From assembly GCA_963798315.1 (NCBI GenBank), contig CAWCTA010000025.1, positions 158,007 through 222,006 of the forward strand: 64,000 nt of DNA. Reading direction: 5' to 3'. The DNA comes from an uncultured Acidobacteriota bacterium. Lineage in GTDB: Bacteria > Acidobacteriota > Terriglobia > Terriglobales > Acidobacteriaceae. Under the pieces are notes generated by a model, which was not told the DNA's origin, made no database searches, and worked only from the letters and a program-made list of their open reading frames with translations. Made by a program: the position numbers and the translations under genes. Below, piece after piece: positions 56,386 through 64,000 of this stretch (position 1 is the first letter of the stretch; every line of letters starts with the position of its first letter).

Positions 56386-56458
56386 TTCGCAACATCCTCG
56401 CGGGCAAGTGCTGGTGTGTGCGATTGAATAAACCTACAACGAAATGTGAGGAATATAC

Positions 56459-57382
56459 GTGGCAATTACCGTAGTGGGCAGCGTTGCCTTCGACTCCATT
56501 CAAACTCCAGCGGGCCGGCGGGACCGATGCCTGGGCGGTGCGGCAACATACTTTTCGTTGGCGGCAAGCTATTTCACCAGCGTGCGCGTGATCGCGGTGG
56601 TGGGCGAAGATTTCGGCCCCGAGCAGCAATCCGTTTTTCAAGCGCGCGGCATCGACACCCAGGGCCTGGAGCGCGCCGCGGGCAAGAGTTTCTTCTGGGA
56701 AGGCTCGTACCTCGAAAACCTGAATGAGGCCAAGACCCACGCCACCGAACTGAACGTTTTCGGCGCCTTCGAACCCAAGATCCCCGATGCCTATCGCGAT
56801 TCGGAATTCCTGTTCCTGGCCAACATTGATCCGGTGTTGCAGCGGCGCGTGCGCGAGGCCATGCCCCAGGCAAAACTCGTCGCCGGCGACACCATGAATT
56901 ACTGGATCAAGGATCATCGCGACGCGCTCAAGCAGGTTCTGAAGGGTCTCGACATCCTGCTCATCAACGACGCCGAAACGCGCATGCTGGCCGGGAACAA
57001 TAATCTTGTTCAAGCTGCGCGCGGCGTGCTTGCGATGGGACCGCGCATGCTCGTCGTAAAGCACGGCGAATATGGCGCCACGGCTTTCTACGGCGCGAGC
57101 ACGAATGGCCTCGGCGCAAAGACTTTTCGGGCCCCTGCCCTGCCTCTCGAAGAAGTCGTCGACCCGACTGGCGCCGGCGACAGTTTCGCTGGAGGCTTCT
57201 TTGGCTACCTGGCATCGCAGAAGGACCTGACTCCCGGCGCATTCCGGCGCGCCATGTTCTACGGCGGTGTTATGGGATCGTTCGCGGTGGAGCGGTTCGG
57301 GACCGAGCGACTGCAACAGCTCTCGCGCGCGGAAATCGACGAGCGCTTCTCCCAATTCCGCGAGTTGACTCACCTTGATTGA
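56459..57382 (+). CDS. PfkB family carbohydrate/nucleoside kinase
   Basis: LGGAATYF, INDAE, VKHGEYG, DPTGAGDSFAGGF. Confidence 0.9.
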   Translation: MAITVVGSVAFDSIQTPAGRRDRCLGGAATYFSLAASYFTSVRVIAVVGEDFGPEQQSVFQARGIDTQGLERAAGKSFFWEGSYLENLNEAKTHATELNVFGAFEPKIPDAYRDSEFLFLANIDPVLQRRVREAMPQAKLVAGDTMNYWIKDHRDALKQVLKGLDILLINDAETRMLAGNNNLVQAARGVLAMGPRMLVVKHGEYGATAFYGASTNGLGAKTFRAPALPLEEVVDPTGAGDSFAGGFFGYLASQKDLTPGAFRRAMFYGGVMGSFAVERFGTERLQQLSRAEIDERFSQFRELTHLD

Positions 57383-59015
57383 GCAACCGGTTCGCCGCGC
57401 AGAATGGCTCGCAGTGGCAGCCGGTTGCGCGGCGGCATCATTCGCGGCAGCCGCATGGAGTTGGCGGCACGGAGCCATGCTGAACTATGGCGATGCAGTC
57501 GCGCATCTCCACATCGCGCGCCGGGTTATCGATTCGCGCCGGCCGGGCCTCTCCGAATTAGGCTCGGTGTGGCTGCCGTTGCCTCACCTGTTGATGATTC
57601 CGTTCGTCGCAGTCTACACATGGTGGGCCAACGGGATCGCGGGCCTGATTCCCTCCGCCCTGGCTTGGCTGGCCAGTTGCATTGGCATGTACAGGCTGGC
57701 TCGCCGGTGGCTCCCGCCCCAGGCATCGGCACTCGCTCTCGCCTTCTTTGCGCTGAACCCCAACCTGCTCTACCTGCAGACAACCGCCATGACTGAGCCG
57801 CTGTTTGTGTGCGAAATGGTGTGGACAACGGTGTGGCTCGTGGAGTGGCGATCATGCCTCGACAGCAAAGACGCAGCCGAAAAAGCAGCGCGAAATCGGA
57901 GCCGCGCTGACCGCCTCTTGTATGCAATCGCCGTGGTCCTCGTTGCCGCGGTCTTCACGCGCTATGACGGCTGGATCATGGCCTGCCTCGCCTGGATCGC
58001 GATCGCCGTAACGCTGGCGCGGCGTGGCCGGCTTGGTTCGGGCGCCTTCTGGATCGTCACCCTGTTGATTGCGGCCGCTCCCATTGTCTGGTTCGCCTAT
58101 AACGCGGTCGTCTTCGGTGACTGGCTCGATTTCATGCGCGGCCCTTATTCGGCCAAGGCGATCGAGATCCGCACCGCAACGCCCGGATCCGGTCCTCCGC
58201 ATCCGGGATGGCACAACCCCTGGGTGTCACTGAAGTTCTTTGTCAAAGCAGCGGTGATGGATGCGTCCGGCGCGCACTGGGGAAAGTGGCTGCTGTCTCT
58301 GAGTGTCCTAGGCACAGCGTGGGCATCGCTCATCGCTCGCCGCCGCGCATTTCTCTGGGCGCTTCTGCTCTGGCTGCCGGTTCCCTTCTATGCGTATTCG
58401 GTGGCTTACGGTTCGGTCCCAATTTTCCTTCCTCCCTGGTGGCCGCACTCCTGGTACAACACCCGTTATGGACTGGAGCTGCTTCCGGCCTTCGCCCTGG
58501 GCCTGGGGTTCTTCTTCCACTTTGTGCTGACCGGAGTACGCGAGTTCAAGCCGGCATGGACAAATTACATGGTGGTTGGATTGGCGGCCGTTATCGTTCT
58601 GAATGCCGCGGTGGTGGTCCGCGAACGGCCCCTGGTTTATGTCGAAGGCACCAAGAACATCGAATCGCGCCGCGTCTATGATGCTGAAGTTCCCAAAGCC
58701 ATGCGCGCGCTGCTTGCCGCACGTCCCGCGGGTGCGGTACTGATGAATACCTCGGTGCATCCCGAGTTCGTGGCCTTCAGCGGCATTCCTCTGCGCCAGA
58801 CCATCAACGAGAGCGACCGGGAGTACTACCAGGCTGCGCTTGCCGCACCGGCCGCTCACGCGGCCATCGTGCTTGCATTCGAAGGCGATGAGATCGACCT
58901 GGCGGTGCACGCGCACCCTGAAGGGCTGACGTTGGTCCGTCGCTTCAATGCTAAATACCAACCCGCTGGGGCGATTTACGTGTCCGATACCTCTCCTTCC
59001 GGCGCACCCCGGTAG
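57375..59015 (+). CDS. GT-C / ArnT-PMT-like membrane glycosyltransferase
   Basis: First TM then YGDAVAHLHIARR...VWLPLPH loop, MTEPLF, TRYDGW, many TM helices. Confidence 0.75.
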   Translation: MIEQPVRRAEWLAVAAGCAAASFAAAAWSWRHGAMLNYGDAVAHLHIARRVIDSRRPGLSELGSVWLPLPHLLMIPFVAVYTWWANGIAGLIPSALAWLASCIGMYRLARRWLPPQASALALAFFALNPNLLYLQTTAMTEPLFVCEMVWTTVWLVEWRSCLDSKDAAEKAARNRSRADRLLYAIAVVLVAAVFTRYDGWIMACLAWIAIAVTLARRGRLGSGAFWIVTLLIAAAPIVWFAYNAVVFGDWLDFMRGPYSAKAIEIRTATPGSGPPHPGWHNPWVSLKFFVKAAVMDASGAHWGKWLLSLSVLGTAWASLIARRRAFLWALLLWLPVPFYAYSVAYGSVPIFLPPWWPHSWYNTRYGLELLPAFALGLGFFFHFVLTGVREFKPAWTNYMVVGLAAVIVLNAAVVVRERPLVYVEGTKNIESRRVYDAEVPKAMRALLAARPAGAVLMNTSVHPEFVAFSGIPLRQTINESDREYYQAALAAPAAHAAIVLAFEGDEIDLAVHAHPEGLTLVRRFNAKYQPAGAIYVSDTSPSGAPR

Positions 59016-59067
59016 CCCTCACCGCGTCCGTCTGTGCGGTGGTAGCATCGGGCAAGGAAGCCCTCGC

Positions 59068-59787
59068 ATGAATTTCGCTCACGCGCATTTCGTCCAGTCG
59101 TTCAGTTTCGATCGCCTGCAACAGATTGTGATCGCGAACGGCGCAATTGGCCGGCTGTTGTTGGCGTGTCTGCTCGGCGCCGGCGTGGGCCTGGAGCGCG
59201 AAATCAGCGGCAAGGCGGCGGGCGTTCGCACCAATCTGCTCATCTCCATGGGCGCCGCATTTTTTACGCTCCTCTCCGCCGTCCTGGCCGGGGATACTAA
59301 TCCCGACAAGGGCCGCGTGGCCTCAAACATCGTCCAGGGCATTGGATTTCTTGGCGCCGGCCTGATCATCCATAATCGCAGCCGGGTGAGCGGGCTTACC
59401 AGTGCCGCCAGCGTCTGGGTCGTCGCGTCGATTGGAATGGCCTGCGGCGCGGGTCTCTATGCCGCCGCGATCGTGGCCGCCGTCATCGTGGTGCTCGCGC
59501 TCGAGATCGTCGGCTTCCTCGAACGCCGTGCAAATCTCAAGGGGTATCCATTGATCTATGAGGCGCGCGGAAGCGACCAGACGCTGATGCTGCACTCGAT
59601 TCTGGATGCAATGGACAAGGCCAGGGAGCGTCTCTACAACGTCGAGCGCGATTCCATAGGCGAACTGCAGCGTGTCAGCTTTGCGGTAATCGCCACAAAA
59701 AAGCAGCATGAGCAGTTGCAAGGAAAATTACACGCCGAGCCGGCCATCGACGCACTGCTCACCTTCCGTGATCCGGAGGAAGATTGA
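59068..59787 (+). CDS. MgtC/SapB family protein
   Basis: VGLERE, AGVRTNLL, RVASNIVQGIGFLGAGLI, GLTSAASVW. Confidence 0.92.
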   Translation: MNFAHAHFVQSFSFDRLQQIVIANGAIGRLLLACLLGAGVGLEREISGKAAGVRTNLLISMGAAFFTLLSAVLAGDTNPDKGRVASNIVQGIGFLGAGLIIHNRSRVSGLTSAASVWVVASIGMACGAGLYAAAIVAAVIVVLALEIVGFLERRANLKGYPLIYEARGSDQTLMLHSILDAMDKARERLYNVERDSIGELQRVSFAVIATKKQHEQLQGKLHAEPAIDALLTFRDPEED

Positions 59788-60608
59788 TTCCCTTCACCAA
59801 GGCCCACGCCTGCGGCAATGACTTCCTGATCGTGACCGAAGAGGCGGCTGCAGGCAGCGACCGGGCTGAACTGACGCGCCGGTTGTGCGCGCGTAATACC
59901 GGCGTTGGCGCGGATGGGATTGAGTTCTTCGCCTGGACCGGACCGAGTTCGGGCCGCATACGCCTGCACAATGCGGATGGCTCCGTTGCCGAAATCAGCG
60001 GCAACGGAACCCGTTGCGTGGCCGCATGGATGGCAGAGACACTGGGCGCAGAGCCAGGCGATTCGCTGGAGATCGAAACCGACGCCGGCGTGCGCGTCTG
60101 CCACATCGACGCAGTGAGCGCCGCTCAAGCCTTCACCGTGGAGGTCACCACAGGCATGGGCGTACCGCAGTTTGCGCCGCGGACGGTGACCATTCCCGGC
60201 GGCGTGCAGGTCGATGGCGTTGAGGTCTCCATCGGCAATCCCCACTTCGTCATCGTTGTGGACAATCCGCAGTTCACCATCGACGGGCAGCAGTGGCAAA
60301 ATATCGGCCAGCAAATCTGCGCTCATCCCGACTTCCCCTGCCAGACCAACGTGGAATTCGTGCGGATCCTCGATTCGAACCAGATTGAAATTCGGATCTT
60401 CGAGCGCGGCGTAGGACCAACAAGTTCTTCTGGCACCGGGACATCCGCCTCAGCCACAGCAGCGCTCGCATTGAACGGGTGCACATCGCCTTTACGCGTT
60501 TTTGCTCCCGGCGGCGCGCAGATCGTGACATGGGACGGGCCCGGAACCGAATTGAACCTGTCAGGCCCGGCATCATTGATCGCCCGCGGCGAGGCGTGGG
60601 GCGGATGA
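59784..60608 (+). CDS. dapF: Diaminopimelate epimerase
   Basis: FTKAHACGNDF, GVGADG, NADGSVAEISGNG, IGNPH, TNVEF, FERGVGPTSSSGTG. Confidence 0.9.
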   Translation: MIPFTKAHACGNDFLIVTEEAAAGSDRAELTRRLCARNTGVGADGIEFFAWTGPSSGRIRLHNADGSVAEISGNGTRCVAAWMAETLGAEPGDSLEIETDAGVRVCHIDAVSAAQAFTVEVTTGMGVPQFAPRTVTIPGGVQVDGVEVSIGNPHFVIVVDNPQFTIDGQQWQNIGQQICAHPDFPCQTNVEFVRILDSNQIEIRIFERGVGPTSSSGTGTSASATAALALNGCTSPLRVFAPGGAQIVTWDGPGTELNLSGPASLIARGEAWGG

Positions 60609-61555
60609 AGACGCCGCATCAAAGTGCCCCGCTGGTCAAGCTGGCTCCAGTACCGAATGGCGCCGGGATCAGCGTTGTTGCGCCAGCCTCGTTTGCGCGT
60701 CCGGAACGAGTGAAAAGCGGACTCGAGGCGCTGCGCGGACTGGGCTTCTCGACCCGCTTGGGACAACACGGGCTGGTACGCGGGCCGCTCTTCTTTGCCG
60801 GTACGCCGGAGCAAAGACTCGCCGACCTGCATGCCGCATTCGCCGACCCTGGATCGCAAATCCTGATGAGCCTGCGGGGCGGATACGGATCGAATTACAT
60901 CCTCGACGGCCTCGACCTGGAGCTGATTCGCAAACATCCGAAACCGTTTTTCGCCTACAGCGATTTGACTGGCGTGCAGCTTCGCCTGCTCGACGCTCTC
61001 GGCCTGCCTGCATTCCACGGCCCCATGGCCGCGGCTGATTTCTATCGCGACGATGGCGTACATCTTCCCAGCTTTCGCGCCGCGCTGGCCGGCGAACCCT
61101 ATGTTCTCGGACTTGGCGAGGGCCTACGCGTATTGAAGCCGGGTACGGCGCGGGGCACGCTCTACGGCGGCTGCCTCAGCATTCTCGTTTCGCTGCTGGG
61201 CACACCCTGGGAACCTGCCACGGAGGGCAAGCTCCTCTTCCTCGAAGACACGGGAGCCAAGCCGTACCAGATCGATCGCATGTTGTGGCAGTTGCGGCAC
61301 GCGGGCAAACTCGACGGAATCGTGGGCATCGTTTTCGGCGAGATGCTCGATTGCATTTCTCCTGGCGCCGCGCCGGAATTCCTTGAAGAGGTCATCGCAA
61401 CCGTGTTGCACGATTTTGAAGGTCCGATCGCGATCGGCCTGCGCAGCGGGCACGTTTCGCGGCAGAACATCACACTGACTCTCGGCGTAGCCGCGGAATT
61501 ACGCGTAGATGAAGAAGCGCAATTGCATTTGCTGGAACCGGCGGTGGTGCGGTGA
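60605..61555 (+). CDS. LD-carboxypeptidase (peptidase S66)
   Basis: VVAPAS, RGGYGS, AYSDLT, GGCLSIL, LFLEDTG, SGH; ATGA overlap with dapF. Confidence 0.92.
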   Translation: MKTPHQSAPLVKLAPVPNGAGISVVAPASFARPERVKSGLEALRGLGFSTRLGQHGLVRGPLFFAGTPEQRLADLHAAFADPGSQILMSLRGGYGSNYILDGLDLELIRKHPKPFFAYSDLTGVQLRLLDALGLPAFHGPMAAADFYRDDGVHLPSFRAALAGEPYVLGLGEGLRVLKPGTARGTLYGGCLSILVSLLGTPWEPATEGKLLFLEDTGAKPYQIDRMLWQLRHAGKLDGIVGIVFGEMLDCISPGAAPEFLEEVIATVLHDFEGPIAIGLRSGHVSRQNITLTLGVAAELRVDEEAQLHLLEPAVVR

Positions 61556-62992
61556 TACGACAGGCACGAGAGACGAGGCACATTCACCTGGTCGGCATCT
61601 GCGGAACAGCGATGGCTTCGCTGGCGGGACTGCTGCAGTTGCATGGCCACCGCATTACAGGCTCCGATAAAGCAGCCTATCCTCCCATGAGCGATCTCCT
61701 CCGCGAACTCGGCATTCCAGTGCTTGAGCCGTACGCGGAAAACAATCTCGATCCCCGGCCTGACCTGGTGGTCGTCGGCAACGCGCTTTCGCGCGGCAAC
61801 CCGGAGATCGAGCGCGTGCTCGACGAACGCATTCCCTTCACTTCGATGGCAGCGCTGTTGCGCGAGGAGTTCTTGACGGGACGCGAATCGCTTGTTGTGG
61901 CGGGAACCCACGGCAAAACGACCACGACCAGCATGGTGGCGTGGATCTACCAGGTCGCCGCGCGCGAACACCCGGAGCGCGAGCCGTCGTTCCTGATCGG
62001 TGGCGTGGCGGAGAACTTCGGCACCAGCTTTCAGCTTCGTCCCACGCCGACCTTCATTCTCGAGGGCGACGAATACGACACGGCGTTCTTCGACAAGGGA
62101 CCGAAGTTCCTGCACTACTTTCCCGATGCACTCATTCTCACCCACGTGGAGTTCGACCACGCCGACATTTACGCCGACCTCGAAGCGGTAAAGATAGCCT
62201 TCAAGCGGCTGGTGAACCTCGTGCCGCGCCGGGGCCTCATCGTGGCCTACGACGGCAGCCCCAATGTGACCGAATGTGTTTCGCGCGCGTTCTGCCGCGT
62301 GGAACGCTACGGCTTCACAGCCGCGGCAGACTGGCGCCTCCAGAACCTGCGTCATGAGGGCGGCCTGACGCGCTGGGAAGTAGGTCGCAACGGCGACGTT
62401 GTGGGCCGAGCTGGAAATGAGCCTCGCCGGCGAGCACAATGCTCTGAATGCCACGGCCGCCGCCGCCCTGGCCGCTGAACAGGGCATCTCCACGAGCGCG
62501 ATTCAGTCTGCGCTGGCAAGTTTCAAGAGCGTAAAACGGCGCCTTGAGGTGCGGGCGGAAATTGGCGGCATCACGATCATCGAGGATTTCGCGCACCATC
62601 CCACGGCCATCCGCGAGACCCTGCGCGCCCTGCGCTCCGTCTACCCTGAGGCGCGTCTGTGGGCCATACTGGAGCCTCGCTCGAATACTCTTCGTCGCAA
62701 GGTGCTCGAAGATGAAATCGTCTCCAGCCTCCGTCTCGCCGACCGCGTCATTCTGGCCGGTGTGTATCAGCAGGAGCGCATTCCCGAGGGCGAGCGCCTG
62801 CATCCAGAAGATGTCGTGCATGCGCTGAACGCGGCGGGCACCCCAGCCGAGTTGCATGCGAATGCCGACTCGATCATCACTGCAGTCGTGCCGCAGCTTC
62901 GTCCCGGAGACGTGGTCGCTATCTTGTCCAATGGCGGATTCGACGGCATCTATGAGAAACTGCCCGCGCGCCTCAAAACGAGATTCTCGTAG
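61552..62992 (+). pseudogene. mpl: Murein peptide ligase Mpl (MurC family), frameshifted as sequenced by one extra base at 62397-62401
   Basis: HIHLVGICGTAM, VAGTHGKTTT, EGDEYDTAFFDK, EFDHADIY in one frame; GEHNALNA, FKSVKRRLE, DFAHHPTAI, EPRSNT, LSNGGF in the next. Removing one base gives 1440 nt. Confidence 0.9.
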
Positions 62993-63003
62993 GCACAAAA
63001 TCC

Positions 63004-63750
63004 ATGGCCGCCGCGCTCCTACTGCTGTTCACGATTGTCCTCCTCGGCATCCCGGCGGCGCTCGTGTTTATTCCGTGGGCCATCATTACCGGCAATGCGA
63101 CTCCGCTCTACAACGTGTCGATCGGGATCGTCCGGCTCGCGTTGCACCTGGCAGGAATACGCGTCAGGACCACCGGCCTGGAACATGTGCCGGCGCACAC
63201 AGCCTGCATCTTCATGTCGAACCACGTGTCCAATCTCGATCCACCCGCGCTCATTCCGCGCATTCCCGGTCGCACCTCGGCGTTTGTCAAGAGCTCGCTG
63301 ATGAAGATTCCCGTGCTCGGCTACGGCATGAAGTTGGGCGATTTTGTGCCGGTGGACCGCGATGGACGTATCGAGAGCGCGAAGGAGAGCGTGGCCGTGG
63401 CGCGGCGCGTGCTCGAAAAAGGCATTCACATCACCACCTTTGTCGAGGGCACCCGATCCCGCGATGGTCGCCTGCTGCCCTTCAAAAAAGGTCCGTTCTA
63501 CCTGGCAATGGAAGCGGGTGCTCCCTGCGTTCCGGTGTCGATCCACGGCACCGAAACCATGATGGCGAAAGGGAGCCTGCGCGTGCGTCCCGACACAGCG
63601 TACATCACGTTTCACGAACCGCTCGATCCGGCGCGATTTTCAAGTCGCGAGGAACTGATGGCAGCTGTTCGCGCCGCAATCGCGTCCGCACTGCCGGAGT
63701 GGATGGGGGAAACGGGGAACAAGGATCAGGAATCAGAAGACGGGGATTAA
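63004..63750 (+). CDS. 1-acyl-sn-glycerol-3-phosphate acyltransferase family protein
   Basis: SNHVSNLD (NHxxxxD), FVEGTRS, FKKG. Confidence 0.92.
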   Translation: MAAALLLLFTIVLLGIPAALVFIPWAIITGNATPLYNVSIGIVRLALHLAGIRVRTTGLEHVPAHTACIFMSNHVSNLDPPALIPRIPGRTSAFVKSSLMKIPVLGYGMKLGDFVPVDRDGRIESAKESVAVARRVLEKGIHITTFVEGTRSRDGRLLPFKKGPFYLAMEAGAPCVPVSIHGTETMMAKGSLRVRPDTAYITFHEPLDPARFSSREELMAAVRAAIASALPEWMGETGNKDQESEDGD

Positions 63751-63763
63751 GGAATAGCGAAGC

Positions 63764-64000
63764 TCAAGGCTCCACGATCGCGTTATAGCCATCGTTCAGC
63801 AGCTTCTGGCGCATGGCAACCGCATCGTTGCGATTAGCAAAGGGGCCGACCTGGACATGGAGTAGCCCATCTGCGGGATCGCGGTGCGCGCTGACCGCGT
63901 ATCCCCGCTTGCGCAGAGCGCCCACCAGCACATCGGCGTCTTCAGGGTGCGAAACGGCCGCAATCTGAACCATGATCCCCGAGGCCTGTGAGAGCGCCGG
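63764..64000 (-). CDS. SPOR domain protein, C-terminal part (5' end outside window)
   Basis: MVQIAAVSH.EDA..LV.AL..RGY...HVQVGPF..R.DA...LLNDGY; frame is open to the window edge. Confidence 0.85.
   Translation of the reverse strand, partial: PALSQASGIMVQIAAVSHPEDADVLVGALRKRGYAVSAHRDPADGLLHVQVGPFANRNDAVAMRQKLLNDGYNAIVEP

Noticed and set aside
1-64000. Prophage, IS, integron, CRISPR, tRNA or rRNA
   Set aside because: No integrase, transposase, cas gene, regular repeat-spacer pattern or tRNA/rRNA signature was seen in reading the sequence.

Overview
High-GC chromosomal window, most likely from an Acidobacteriaceae genome (inferred from the acidobacterial-type VWA protein, Gly-rich TonB and gene content). 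No rRNA, tRNA, CRISPR array or mobile element was seen. Blocks in order: (1) 1-7401, hemicellulose-degrading enzymes (GH51, CE15-like esterase, SGNH hydrolase, GH3). (2) ~7.4-36.3 kb, a large putative surface-glycan/exopolysaccharide locus of unusual design: polyprenol-P-sugar GT2, GT-C-like membrane protein, Wzx-like flippase fused to a ParB/Srx-like domain, GT4, GH99-like hydrolase, 1405-aa TPR + beta-barrel protein, dTMP-kinase-like and pol-beta-type nucleotidyltransferase genes, two paralogous PLC-type phosphoesterases, a STAS protein, TonB and VWA. (3) 36.5-42.2 kb, imuA-imuB-dnaE2 mutagenesis cassette with a candidate LexA box. (4) 42.3-52.1 kb, the best novelty candidate: a six-gene operon with overlapping start/stop codons encoding a polyprenyl diphosphate synthase, a MacB/LolCDE-type ABC transporter, a degenerate cbb3 oxidase subunit I homologue lacking part of the canonical heme-copper ligand set, a 4-TM protein and an MFS-like/CcoO/cytochrome c fusion. 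It is divergent from yceI and a CusRS-like two-component system. (5) 52.3-64 kb, nitrite/sulfite reductase, cysG, mtnP, PfkB kinase, GT-C protein, MgtC, dapF, LD-carboxypeptidase, mpl, acyltransferase and a SPOR protein. Four genes (CE15-like, imuB, cysG, mpl) each carry one extra base, probably sequencing/consensus errors. All family assignments come from motif recognition by eye; no database searches were run.
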